Assembly: GCA_963802645.1 (NCBI GenBank)
Contig: CAWDJK010000004.1
Span: forward strand, 351,343-415,342
Direction of reading: 5' to 3'
Length of the DNA: 64,000 bases
Origin: an uncultured Gammaproteobacteria bacterium
Lineage (GTDB): Bacteria > Pseudomonadota > Gammaproteobacteria > Steroidobacterales > Steroidobacteraceae
Shown: one piece after another, positions 43,952-52,619 of the stretch
Position numbering within the stretch: position 1 is the stretch's first letter
Layout of the letters: each line of letters begins with the position of its first letter
Notes under the pieces: generated by a model
Told to the model about the DNA's origin: nothing
What the model saw: only the letters and a program-made list of their open reading frames with translations
Database searches by the model: none
Position numbers and translations under genes: made by a program

Positions 43952-46060
43952 TCAGCCGGCCCGCGCCGTCTTCTGCACCGGTACGACGCGCACCCCGGTT
44001 ACGACGTCGGTCATGATCTGCGCGGCCTGATCGAGCATCACGTCGGGCTCAGCGTCCTTGGCCTTGTCGAGATCGGTGACGCTCTTCAGCGGCGGCAGGT
44101 TCTTGGCGACCCGGCGGCTGTTCTCGCGGTCGAGCCGCTCCTTGTCCTCGCGGCTGCGTTCCTCGCGGCGCACCTTGAGATTGAGCGACACGCTCTTCTG
44201 CTCGCGCAGCGTATCGATGGCGGCGATGTCCGACACCAGCCAGCGATAGTCGGGGTCGTGCTGTGCGCGGGTATCCTCCGAGGCCGACAGGGTCGCAAGG
44301 GTCGGCTCGCTCGCCCCCACGGCGCTGGCCTTGAAGGGCACGCCGGAGATCCGGTCCCAGGGGAGCGAGGACTCGAGGGCGCTCTCGCCGATTTCCTTCG
44401 TGTCGAGTACCGAGGCGAGCGGAATATCGGGCTCGACGCCGCGGTGCTGGGTACTCTCGCCGGTTACGCGATAGAACTTGCCGATGGTTACCGTCAGCTG
44501 CCCGTTCACCGGCTCCTTGGTCCAGCGATCGAGCGGCACCAGGTTCTGCACCGTGCCCTTGCCGAAGGTGGTCTGCCCGAGGATCAGTCCGCGGTGGTAG
44601 TCCTGGATCGCGCCGGCGAAGATCTCGGACGCCGAAGCGCTCATGCGGTCCACCAGCACGGCGAGCGGGCCGTCGTAGGCGGGGGCGGGCTCGGGGTCGT
44701 CGAGCACTTCGAGGCGGCCTGAGGTGTCGCGCAGCTGCACGACCGGGCCATGATCGATGAAGAGTCCGGTCAGCGCGGTCGCCTCCGGCAGATAGCCGCC
44801 GCCATCGCCGCGCAGGTCGAGCACCAACCCGTCGACGTTCTCGCCCTTCAACTCGCGCACCAGCCTGGCTACGTCGCGCGTGGTGCTGCGGTAGTTCTCG
44901 TCCCCGGCGTTCTGCGCGGCGACGTCCTGGTAGAAACCCGGCACGGTGATGACGCCGATCTTGTAGGTGCGGCCGTTGCGCGCCACGGTCTTCACTTCCT
45001 TGTGCGCGGCCTGCGCCTCGAGCGTGATCTTGTTGCGCACGAACTCGAGGGTCTTTTCGGGGCTGCCGGGAGCGGCTCCGCCGGGCAGGATCTGCAGCCG
45101 CACGCTGGTGCCGGCCTTGCCGCGGATCAGCTGCACGACGTCATCCAGCCGCCAGCCGATCACGTCGGTAACCGAGCCCTCGTGTCCCTGGCCGACGCCG
45201 GTGATGCGGTCGTTGGTCTTGAGCGTGCCGGCAACCGCGGCGGGGCCTCCTTCGATGACGTTCATGATGGTGACGTAATCGTCGACCACCTGGAGCGAGG
45301 CGCCGATGCCGTCGTAGTTGAGGCTCATCTGGATGCGGTATTCCTCGGAGCTGCGCGGCGAGAAGTAGCTCGAGTGCGGATCGAAGGCGCGCGCGTAGGC
45401 GTTCATCAGGTTCTCGAACACGTCCTCGCTCGTCACCTGGTCGATGCGCTTCAGCACGCGCTCGTAGCGCTTGCGCAGGATGTCGGCGGCCTCCGGCCAC
45501 TGCTTGCCGGTGAGCAGCAGCGACAGCGCGTCGTTCTTCACGCGCCGCCGCCACAGATCGTCGATCTGCGCCGCGTCGGCCGGCCACGGCGCCTTGGTGC
45601 GGTCGTACTCGAACGACTCGTCCACCGTCCAGTCGGGCTCGGTGCTCAGCTGCGAGAGCGCGTACTGGATGCGCTCGCGGTTGCGCTGCTGGAAGCGCGC
45701 GAACATGAGGTACGCCGGGTCGACGTTGCCGGTGCGGATCATGTCGTCGAACTGGTAGCGGTAGGCGGTGAAGTCGTTGACGTCGGAGGCCAGGAGGTAG
45801 CTGTGCTGCGGATCGAGGAACTCGAGGTAGCGCTGGAACACCAGGTCCGACATCCTGCGGTCGATCGGGGCGTGGCTGTAGTGGGCCTCCTCGAGGATGC
45901 GGCCGATCTTGCGCGCGGTGGCGCGCTGCGCATCCGTCGGGGCGACCGCGCCCGGCGGCAGGAGTGAGGGGCTCGCCGGGGCCTGCGCCGAGCCGGCCAG
46001 GGCCAGCGCCACCAGGCACGCGGTAATCCATCCGGAAGAACGGCGCAGCGATTCGGTCAT
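43952..46060 (-). CDS. prc: carboxy-terminal processing (tail-specific) protease Prc
   Basis: 702 aa with a signal peptide, PDZ, an S41 catalytic region (GQTTFGKGTVQ) and a Prc-type C-terminal extension. Confidence 0.9.
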   Translation of the reverse strand: MTESLRRSSGWITACLVALALAGSAQAPASPSLLPPGAVAPTDAQRATARKIGRILEEAHYSHAPIDRRMSDLVFQRYLEFLDPQHSYLLASDVNDFTAYRYQFDDMIRTGNVDPAYLMFARFQQRNRERIQYALSQLSTEPDWTVDESFEYDRTKAPWPADAAQIDDLWRRRVKNDALSLLLTGKQWPEAADILRKRYERVLKRIDQVTSEDVFENLMNAYARAFDPHSSYFSPRSSEEYRIQMSLNYDGIGASLQVVDDYVTIMNVIEGGPAAVAGTLKTNDRITGVGQGHEGSVTDVIGWRLDDVVQLIRGKAGTSVRLQILPGGAAPGSPEKTLEFVRNKITLEAQAAHKEVKTVARNGRTYKIGVITVPGFYQDVAAQNAGDENYRSTTRDVARLVRELKGENVDGLVLDLRGDGGGYLPEATALTGLFIDHGPVVQLRDTSGRLEVLDDPEPAPAYDGPLAVLVDRMSASASEIFAGAIQDYHRGLILGQTTFGKGTVQNLVPLDRWTKEPVNGQLTVTIGKFYRVTGESTQHRGVEPDIPLASVLDTKEIGESALESSLPWDRISGVPFKASAVGASEPTLATLSASEDTRAQHDPDYRWLVSDIAAIDTLREQKSVSLNLKVRREERSREDKERLDRENSRRVAKNLPPLKSVTDLDKAKDAEPDVMLDQAAQIMTDVVTGVRVVPVQKTARAG

Positions 46061-46143
46061 CGGGTCAGCCCACAGCTTCGGTAAAACACTTAGAGTAAGG
46101 CTAGAGCGTCCGGTTCGCCTTTAGCAAGTGCGGTGCTCACAGC

Positions 46144-46431
46144 ATGAAGCCTTTGACGGCATTGCTCGCAATTCTGGCCGGATCGGCCATCGCCCTGGCC
46201 TGCGGGCTCATCATGACCTGGATCGTGATCCTGCTGCTTCCCGCCAACGAGCAGCGTTTCGCCCCCGAGCACTCGCACCTGGTCCGGGCGATCGTGGTGT
46301 TCACCCTGTTCGCCGCGGTCTCGTTCGCGAGCTTCTACGGCCAGGCGCGCGAGCGGCGCTGGCGGCTGGCGGCGCACGGCTCGACCGTGGCCGTGCTGGC
46401 ACTCGCCGTGTGGCTCTACTGGCCGACCTGA
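46144..46431 (+). CDS. hypothetical small membrane protein (about 3 TM segments)
   Basis: 95-aa ORF with hydrophobic stretches. No family recognised. Confidence 0.4.
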   Translation: MKPLTALLAILAGSAIALACGLIMTWIVILLLPANEQRFAPEHSHLVRAIVVFTLFAAVSFASFYGQARERRWRLAAHGSTVAVLALAVWLYWPT

Positions 46432-46850
46432 GGGCGCTGCGCAGGACGCTCCGGGCGCGCCGGGGCCGCAGGCGGCGCGCCACGGCGCAGCTGGGGAACG
46501 GCCTTGAGCAGCCTCAGGAAGCCCTGTACCAGCAGGAGCAGCAGGAGGGGCCCGAGCGCCACCCCCCAGAACACCGCCGAGCCGTGCACCAGCCCGACGA
46601 CATAATCGGCGAACAGGCCCCACGGGCCGGCCTTCGGGTCATCGCCATGGGTATAGGGCCCGAGCACCCGGTTGCCCCCCAGCCAGATGAGAAAGGGCAT
46701 CACCAGGATCCCGAACGCGAGGGTGGCCCCGACCGCGATCAGCTCGCGCCGCATCGGGGAAAGCGCGCCGAGTGACAGCCGCGAGCGCAGCGAGCGCTCG
46801 GCCGGCGCGGGTTCCGGGGTCGGGGGCGTGATGGCCATGAGGGCGGGCAT
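46416..46850 (-). CDS. hypothetical membrane protein
   Basis: ORF 46416..46916 trimmed to an internal Met (MPALMAIT). Two or three TM segments and a Pro/Ala-rich tail. Its 3' end overlaps the previous ORF by 16 nt. Confidence 0.4.
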   Translation of the reverse strand: MPALMAITPPTPEPAPAERSLRSRLSLGALSPMRRELIAVGATLAFGILVMPFLIWLGGNRVLGPYTHGDDPKAGPWGLFADYVVGLVHGSAVFWGVALGPLLLLLLVQGFLRLLKAVPQLRRGAPPAAPARPERPAQRPQVGQ

Positions 46851-46862
46851 AATAACGTTGTC

Positions 46863-47825
46863 ATGCAGAAAATCAGAACCGCGGTCATCGGGGTCGGCTA
46901 TCTCGGCAGGTTCCACGCCCAGAAGTACGCCCAGGCCGCGGGCTGCGAACTGGTCGCGGTGGTGGATGCGCGGTCCGAGGCGCGCGAACAGCTAGCCGCG
47001 GAGCTCAAGACCCGCGCGCTGGCCGATTACCGCGAGCTTCTCGGCGCCGTCGATGCAGTGAGCGTCGTGACGCCGACGCCGGCGCACTTCCCCATCGCGC
47101 GCGAGTTCCTCGAGCGCGGCGCGCACGTGCTGGTGGAGAAGCCGATCACCGAGACCGCCGCCGAGGCGCGCGAGCTGATCGCGACCGCCGCGCGCGCCCG
47201 GCGCATCCTCCAGGTGGGGCACCTGGAGCGCTTCAACGCGGCGATCCTGGCCGCGATGCCGTATCTGAACGCGCCGCGCTTCGTCGAATGCCACCGCCTC
47301 GCGCCGTATCGCGAGCGCGGTACCGATGTGAACGTGGTGCTCGATCTGATGATCCACGACATCGACATCGTGCAGACCATCGTCGGCGCCCCCATCAGCA
47401 CCATCGATGCGATCGGCACACCGGTGTTCTCGGAGGAGATCGACATCGCCAACGCGCGCATCCGCTTCGCCAACGGCTGCGTTGCCAACGCCACCGCCTC
47501 GCGCGTCAGCCTGAAGACCGAGCGTAAGCTGCGTGTTTTCGAGGACGACGCCTATCTCTCACTCGACCTGCAGCAGAAGATCCTGACCGTGATCCGCAAG
47601 CGCACCGCGCAGGACGGGCCCGGTCCGCTGCCGGTCAGCATCGAGGAGCAGAACCTCGAGCAGGGGGACGCGCTCAAGGCGGAGATCGACTCCTTCCTCG
47701 ACTGCATCCGCAGCGGCAAGCCGCCGGTGGTGACCGGGGAGGCCGGACTCACGGCGCTCGAGACCGCCACCCGGATCACTGAGCTCGTCGAAGCTTCCCT
47801 GGTCGCCCGCAAAGCTCACGCTTGA
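46863..47825 (+). CDS. Gfo/Idh/MocA family NAD-dependent oxidoreductase (sugar-nucleotide dehydrogenase-like)
   Basis: Rossmann N-terminus [16 protein letters not shown], the EKP motif (VLVEKPI) and GHLERFN. 320 aa. Confidence 0.8.
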   Translation: MQKIRTAVIGVGYLGRFHAQKYAQAAGCELVAVVDARSEAREQLAAELKTRALADYRELLGAVDAVSVVTPTPAHFPIAREFLERGAHVLVEKPITETAAEARELIATAARARRILQVGHLERFNAAILAAMPYLNAPRFVECHRLAPYRERGTDVNVVLDLMIHDIDIVQTIVGAPISTIDAIGTPVFSEEIDIANARIRFANGCVANATASRVSLKTERKLRVFEDDAYLSLDLQQKILTVIRKRTAQDGPGPLPVSIEEQNLEQGDALKAEIDSFLDCIRSGKPPVVTGEAGLTALETATRITELVEASLVARKAHA

Positions 47826-48010
47826 GCTCGTACGCGGGTGATCGAGCGCCGGTGATGACGCAGGGGCACCTCTTGTTCGCGATCGCGACCACCGGCTACA
47901 TCCTCGTCGCCATCCAGCTCGAAGAGCGCGACCTGGTCAGCTTCCACGGCGAGGAGTACCGCGAATACTGCAAGCACACACCCATGCTGGTGCCGTTCAC
48001 CAAGAGGTGA
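47822..48010 (+). pseudogene. C-terminal remnant of a membrane methyltransferase (PEMT/ICMT/MddA-like)
   Basis: Only about 50 aa ([45 protein letters not shown]) match the conserved C-terminus of this roughly 200-260-aa family. The N-terminal three quarters are absent and the ORF abuts the upstream stop codon. Confidence 0.5.
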
Positions 48011-48037
48011 CGCCCGCGACCTAGTAGAATTGGCGCA

Positions 48038-48955
48038 ATGTCACGGGCACCCGAGCATTTCCGCCGCGCGCCGCGGCCGGTAACGGTCGCGGCGCTGCAG
48101 ATGTCGTGCAGCTGGGAACGCTCCGCGAACATCGCGCACGCGGAGGCGCTGGTGCGCCAGGCTGCCGCGCAGGGCGCGCAGATCATCCTGCTGCCGGAGC
48201 TGTTCGAGACGCCGTACTTCTGCATCGAGCAGGACGCGCGGCACTTAGGGCTGGCGCACAGCGTCGCTGAGGACCCGGCGGTGCGGCACTTCGGACCCGT
48301 GGCGCGCGAGCTCGGCGTGGTGCTCCCCATCAGCTTCTTCGAGCGTGCGGGCCCCGCCTACTTCAACTCCGTCGCGATTCTCGACGCCGACGGCAGCAAC
48401 CTCGGCATCTATCGAAAGTCGCACATCCCCAACGGACCCGGGTACCAGGAGAAGAGCTACTTCTCTCCCGGCGACACGGGTTTCAAGGTGTGGCACACGC
48501 GCTTCGCACGCATCGGCGTCGGCATCTGCTGGGACCAGTGGTTCCCGGAGACCGCGCGCGCCATGGCGCTCATGGGCGCGGAGCTGCTGCTGTTTCCGAC
48601 CGCGATCGGTACCGAGCCGCCGCCGGCGGTGCCGGTGAACTCGCGCGATCACTGGCAGCGCACGCAGCAGGGACACGCCGCCGCGAACCTGACGCCACTC
48701 GTCGCCGCCAACCGCTACGGCCTCGAGCGCTCGCTGCAGGACCCGCAGGGGCTCTACATCCGCTTCTACGGCTCTTCCTTCATCGCCGATGGGATGGGCG
48801 CGAAGGTGGCCGAGGCGCCGGAAGAAGGCGACGCGGTCCTGGTGCAGAAATTCGACCTCGAGGCCACGCGCGAGCTGCGTGACAACTGGTTCGTGTTTCG
48901 CGACCGGCGGCCGGATCTCTACGGCGCGCTCACCTCGCTGGCGCCCAAGGCTTGA
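48038..48955 (+). CDS. aguB: N-carbamoylputrescine amidase (nitrilase superfamily)
   Basis: VAALQMSC..., LLPELFETPYFC, YRKSHIP and GVGICWDQWFPE give the Glu-Lys-Cys triad. 305 aa. Confidence 0.85.
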   Translation: MSRAPEHFRRAPRPVTVAALQMSCSWERSANIAHAEALVRQAAAQGAQIILLPELFETPYFCIEQDARHLGLAHSVAEDPAVRHFGPVARELGVVLPISFFERAGPAYFNSVAILDADGSNLGIYRKSHIPNGPGYQEKSYFSPGDTGFKVWHTRFARIGVGICWDQWFPETARAMALMGAELLLFPTAIGTEPPPAVPVNSRDHWQRTQQGHAAANLTPLVAANRYGLERSLQDPQGLYIRFYGSSFIADGMGAKVAEAPEEGDAVLVQKFDLEATRELRDNWFVFRDRRPDLYGALTSLAPKA

Positions 48956-49085
48956 GCTCCGGAAAGCCATCGAACTTAGCCTCCGGGAGGCCCTGCAGGA
49001 GGCCTCAACGCAGCGAGGTTCGATGGGATTCGAACCTGGCGTCCGGGGACTCCCGCACACGGCGAATCGTCTGCGGCACTGAAAC

Positions 49086-49110
49086 GGACTCCGGCTTACG
49101 GCCGGAGTCC
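49086..49110 (-). terminator. hairpin immediately 3' of ssrA
   Basis: GGACTCCGGC-TTACG-GCCGGAGTCC, a 10-bp stem 6 nt beyond the tmRNA CCA end. Confidence 0.5.
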
Positions 49111-49115
49111 TCGGT

Positions 49116-49468
49116 TGGTGGAGGCGGGGGGAATCGAACCCCCGTCCGCAAGTCCTAGACTTCAGGATCTACGTACGTAGCTGGTCTTTGTTTCTCGCGC
49201 AGCGCTACCCGAGCAGCAGGGAAGACGCTTCGCCAGCGATCAGTGACTCTTAACGCACCGGCCTGCTCGCAACGCCGGAGCGCGATCCTGTGAACGCGTC
49301 CCCTGATTCAGTCGCACAGGCACGAACTGGTCAGAGGTCAGCTGCGGTTAGGCAGCCAGAGCGTAGTTGTCGTCGTTGGCAACTATGATTTGCAGCATTT
49401 TTAACGAGGGCACTGCGCCTCGGTACGCCCCTGAAGGTTCGTAACCCACGTCGAAACCGGTCGCCCCC
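49116..49468 (-). ncRNA. ssrA: transfer-messenger RNA (tmRNA), tag peptide ANDDNYALAA
   Basis: 5' GGGGGCGACCGGTTTCGACG..., tag reading frame GCC AAC GAC GAC AAC TAC GCT CTG GCT GCC TAA (49348-49380), and a 3' tRNA-like end GGACGGGGGTTCGATTCCCCCCGCCTCCACCA. Confidence 0.92.
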
Positions 49469-49572
49469 TTCAGGTCTGCCGGCCCAGCATACCCCAATGG
49501 CGCCGTCGGTTGCGTGGGCGGGACTTTCCTGTATGGTGGCGGGCCCCAAAACGGCCAGGGAAGGTTGTCCCC

Positions 49573-50361
49573 ATGCGTTTGCAGCTCGTCGCGTGCGCTT
49601 TGCTCCTGACCGCCGCCACCGCGGCGCGCGCGGACGATCCCCCGTACGAGGGCGATCCGAACTGGGCCATGCGGGCGCTCCTCGGCTACACCAGGACCGG
49701 GGGAAACACCGACAACAGCTCCGCCAACTTCCTGTTCCACGTCGCGCACACCATGGGCGACTGGAAGGTGCTGTTCGGCACCGAGGGCGTGTATGGCTCG
49801 ACCCAGGGGGAGACGACGGCCCAGGCCTGGGATGCGCACGCGCAGGCCAACTACAACTTCACGCCGAAGTTCTACTGGTACGTGGGGGTCAACTATGCCG
49901 ATGATCGCTTCAGCGGCTTCGCCTACCAGCGCTCGGTGACCTCCGGCGCCGGCTACCAGTTCATCCAGACGGACACCACCAAGCTCACCGCGCAGGCGGG
50001 TATCGGCTACCAGCAGCTGCGCCCGGAGATCCTGGTGAAGGACCCGCTCGGCGGGGTCATGAGTCGCACCGAGCTCGACTCGCAGAGCGATGCGGTCGCG
50101 GCGGGGGCCGTCACTTTCGAGCACGCCTTCAATGCCTACACCAAGCTGCTGGCGGCTGCAGCGGTCCAGTCCGGCAGCCAGAACACCCTCACCACTGCGA
50201 GCATCGCGCTGCAGGTGAAGATGTCGAACCGCCTGGCGCTCGCGATCGGCTACCAGCTGACCGACAACAGCAACCCGCCGGCCGGCTCCGGTCCGCGCGA
50301 CACGCTGACCACGGTGAGTCTCGTCTACGACATGAAGAACCCGAAGCTCGCGCCCGAGTGA
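49573..50361 (+). CDS. DUF481 family outer membrane beta-barrel protein (YdiY-like)
   Basis: Signal peptide MRLQLVACALLLTAATAARA, alternating beta-strand pattern, GYTRTGGNTDNSS and a C-terminal aromatic-rich strand. Confidence 0.7.
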   Translation: MRLQLVACALLLTAATAARADDPPYEGDPNWAMRALLGYTRTGGNTDNSSANFLFHVAHTMGDWKVLFGTEGVYGSTQGETTAQAWDAHAQANYNFTPKFYWYVGVNYADDRFSGFAYQRSVTSGAGYQFIQTDTTKLTAQAGIGYQQLRPEILVKDPLGGVMSRTELDSQSDAVAAGAVTFEHAFNAYTKLLAAAAVQSGSQNTLTTASIALQVKMSNRLALAIGYQLTDNSNPPAGSGPRDTLTTVSLVYDMKNPKLAPE

Positions 50362-50415
50362 GCGCGGCACGGGCCCGGCGGCCTTAAGCCGCCGCAGCGC
50401 CGCCTCAGCGCCGCC

Positions 50416-50883
50416 TCAGCGGCCGCGCAGCAGCCGCGCCTTGTCGCGCTGCCAGTCGCGGTCCTTCTCGACCGCGCGCTTGTCGTGCTGCTTCTTGCCC
50501 TTGGCGAGCCCGATCTCGAGCTTTGCGCGGCCGGCCTTCCAGTAGAGCTCGAGCGGCACCAGCGTGTAGCCGCGCCGCTCGACCGCGCCGATGAGTCCCT
50601 GCAGCTGGCTGCGGTTGAGCAGGAGCTTGCGGGTACGCACGGGATCGGGCGTCACGTGGGTGGAGGCCGCCGGCAGCGGCGAGAGGTGCGCGCCGATCAG
50701 GAAGGCCTCGCCGCCGCGCAGGTAGACGTAGGCTTCCTTCAACTGCGCGCGGCCGGCGCGCATCGCCTTGACCTCCCAGCCCTGCAGCGCCAGCCCCGCC
50801 TCGTAGCGCTCCTCGATGAAATAATCGAAGCGCGCCTTGCGGTTCTCGGCGATCAGTCGGGGTGCAGTTTCCGCTTTGGTCAT
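50416..50883 (-). CDS. smpB: SsrA-binding protein SmpB
   Basis: [29 protein letters not shown]...LLLNRSQL...[11 protein letters not shown]. 155 aa. Confidence 0.95.
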   Translation of the reverse strand: MTKAETAPRLIAENRKARFDYFIEERYEAGLALQGWEVKAMRAGRAQLKEAYVYLRGGEAFLIGAHLSPLPAASTHVTPDPVRTRKLLLNRSQLQGLIGAVERRGYTLVPLELYWKAGRAKLEIGLAKGKKQHDKRAVEKDRDWQRDKARLLRGR

Positions 50884-50911
50884 GGGCTTCGCCTAATGGG
50901 ACAATGGCCTC

Positions 50912-51337
50912 ATGCGTGAGGTCAAGCGCTCGGCGCTCGTCAACCAGCCGCCGGCGCGGCTGTACGCACTCATCAACGACATCGAGAGCTACCCGCAGTT
51001 TCTGCCGTGGTGCAGCCACGCGCGCGTCGAATCGCGCACGCCGCAGGAGATCGTCGCCACCCTCGGCGTACGGCAGGGCGGGCTGCAGGGTGAGTTCACC
51101 ACCCGCAACACACTCGAGCCCGAACGGAGCGTGCGCATGCAGCTCGTCAGCGGCCCGTTCCGCGCGCTCGAGGGGCTGTGGCTCCTGACGCCGGTCGAGG
51201 CGGGCTGCCGCGTGGATCTCACTATGCGCTTCGCCTTCAAGAACTCCCTCACCGGGCTGCTGTTCGAGCCGAAATTCGCCGCGACCGTGGGCTCGCTGGT
51301 CGATGCGTTCGTCGCGCGCGCGCGCTCGCTCAAATGA
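50912..51337 (+). CDS. ratA: SRPBCC-fold ribosome association toxin RatA / CoQ-binding Coq10-like protein
   Basis: 141 aa. YPQFLPWC motif, divergent from smpB as in E. coli. Confidence 0.8.
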   Translation: MREVKRSALVNQPPARLYALINDIESYPQFLPWCSHARVESRTPQEIVATLGVRQGGLQGEFTTRNTLEPERSVRMQLVSGPFRALEGLWLLTPVEAGCRVDLTMRFAFKNSLTGLLFEPKFAATVGSLVDAFVARARSLK

Positions 51338-51636
51338 CCGTTACCGTTGCCTACGCGACGCGCGAGCGGCAGTACCTGTGGAGCGTCGAGCTGCCACCCG
51401 GGGCGACCGTCGCCGAGGCGCTCGCCGCTGCGCGCCGCGCCGCGCAGCGCCAGGCGGTGCATCTCGGGCACGAGCTGTGGGAGGCAGGCCCGGTCGGCGT
51501 GTTCGGCGAGCCGTGCGCGCGCAGTGCGCGCTGCGCGGACGGTGACCGGATCGAGCTCTACCGGCCGCTGCGCGCCGACCCGCGCGCGCGGCGCCGCGAA
51601 CGCGCGCGGCGCGAGCGCCGCCCGGCCGGCGGCTAG
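51334..51636 (+). CDS. rnfH: RnfH family ubiquitin-like protein (UPF0125)
   Basis: MTVTVAYATRERQYLWSVELPPGATV...VGVFGE...GDRIELYRPLRADP. ATGA overlap with ratA. Confidence 0.75.
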   Translation: MTVTVAYATRERQYLWSVELPPGATVAEALAAARRAAQRQAVHLGHELWEAGPVGVFGEPCARSARCADGDRIELYRPLRADPRARRRERARRERRPAGG

Positions 51637-52007
51637 ATCTTCGGGAACTTCTGGATCGAGATGTCGTCGTCCGGCGCGCGCGGCGCGCTGTCCGGAATAT
51701 TGTCGCGCTGCAGGCTCGCCACCTTGTCGTCCTTGAAGAGCACCGTCAGATGGCGCTGCTCGGGCCGCTCGAGGTGGCCGGTCTTGAAGTAGTAGAGATA
51801 GTCCCAGCGATCCTTGTCGAATACGTTGGGCACCATCGGCGAGCCGAGCAGGTAACGCACCTGGCTGCGCGTCATGCCGACCTGCAGCTGCGATACGGTC
51901 TTGCCCTCGAGGTAGTTGCCCTGCTGGATGTTCATCCGATAGATGCAGCCGCCGAGCGGCAGCATGGCGAGAGCTAAGGCGGCAGGGAGAATCGAGGGTA
52001 GGCGCAT
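51633..52007 (-). CDS. bamE: outer membrane protein assembly factor BamE (SmpA/OmlA)
   Basis: Lipobox LPLGGC, then [33 protein letters not shown]. Start at an internal Met. Confidence 0.82.
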   Translation of the reverse strand: MRLPSILPAALALAMLPLGGCIYRMNIQQGNYLEGKTVSQLQVGMTRSQVRYLLGSPMVPNVFDKDRWDYLYYFKTGHLERPEQRHLTVLFKDDKVASLQRDNIPDSAPRAPDDDISIQKFPKI

Positions 52008-52067
52008 GTGTGTCCGTTGGAGGATAATCAAAGGGTAGCGATCATACCTGATCCGGAGAGACGCCCC

Positions 52068-52503
52068 GTGGAAGGCAAGGACCTGCGCAAGGCCGGCCTG
52101 AAGGTGACGCTGCCGCGGCTGAAGATCCTCGAGATCCTCGAAGGCAGCACGACGCGGCACCTCTCGGCCGAAGACATCTACCGCACGCTGCTCGAGTCGA
52201 ACGAGGACATCGGGCTCGCCACCGTGTACCGGGTGCTGACGCAGTTCGAAGGCGCCGGGCCTCGTCACGCGCCATCACTTCGAGGACGGCATGGCGGTGT
52301 TCGAGCTCAACCAGGGGACGCACCACGACCACATCGTGTGTCTGGACTGCGGCCGCGTCGAAGAGTTCATGGACTCGGGGATCGAGACCCGCCAGACAGC
52401 CGTGGCCGGCAAGCTCGGCTTCACCATCCGCGATCATTCCCTGATCCTCTACGGGCATTGCCAGCGGCCGAACTGCCCGCACCGCAAGCACAAGACCAGC
52501 TGA
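52068..52503 (+). pseudogene. fur: ferric uptake regulator Fur, one frame break (extra base at about 52260)
   Basis: [19 protein letters not shown]...[14 protein letters not shown], then [36 protein letters not shown] in the next frame. GTG start inferred. Confidence 0.85.
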
Positions 52504-52527
52504 GGAACTCCAAACCGGCCTGCTGTT

Positions 52528-52557
52528 CGCGGGCAAAAGCCGCGTCTTTTGCCCGCG
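52528..52557. terminator. hairpin in the convergent fur/recN spacer
   Basis: CGCGGGCAAAAG-CCGCGT-CTTTTGCCCGCG, a perfect 12-bp stem. A second imperfect hairpin follows at about 52590-52612. Confidence 0.45.
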
Positions 52558-52619
52558 AGCGTGCACAACGTCGGTTGGCTGGCCTGCTGAGCCGGCCGCA
52601 GGCCGGGTCAGCCAATTAA

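Noticed and set aside
50362-50415. Short tandem duplication CAGCGCCGCCT CAGCGCCGCCT plus the GGCGGC-CTTAA-GCCGCC hairpin after the DUF481 gene.
   Set aside because: Only two copies of an 11-mer in a convergent spacer. It is most simply a terminator region, too short to call a repeat element.
50912-51636. ratA-rnfH as a possible novel toxin-antitoxin system.
   Set aside because: This is the well-known conserved yfjG-yfjF pair next to smpB in many Gammaproteobacteria, not novel, and not a canonical TA module.
52018-52046. Fur-box-like GATAATCAAAGGGTAGCGATCAT in the bamE/fur divergent spacer.
   Set aside because: Only the first hexamer-plus matches the GATAATGATAATCATTATC consensus and the second half is poor. 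That is not enough to call without a PWM score.
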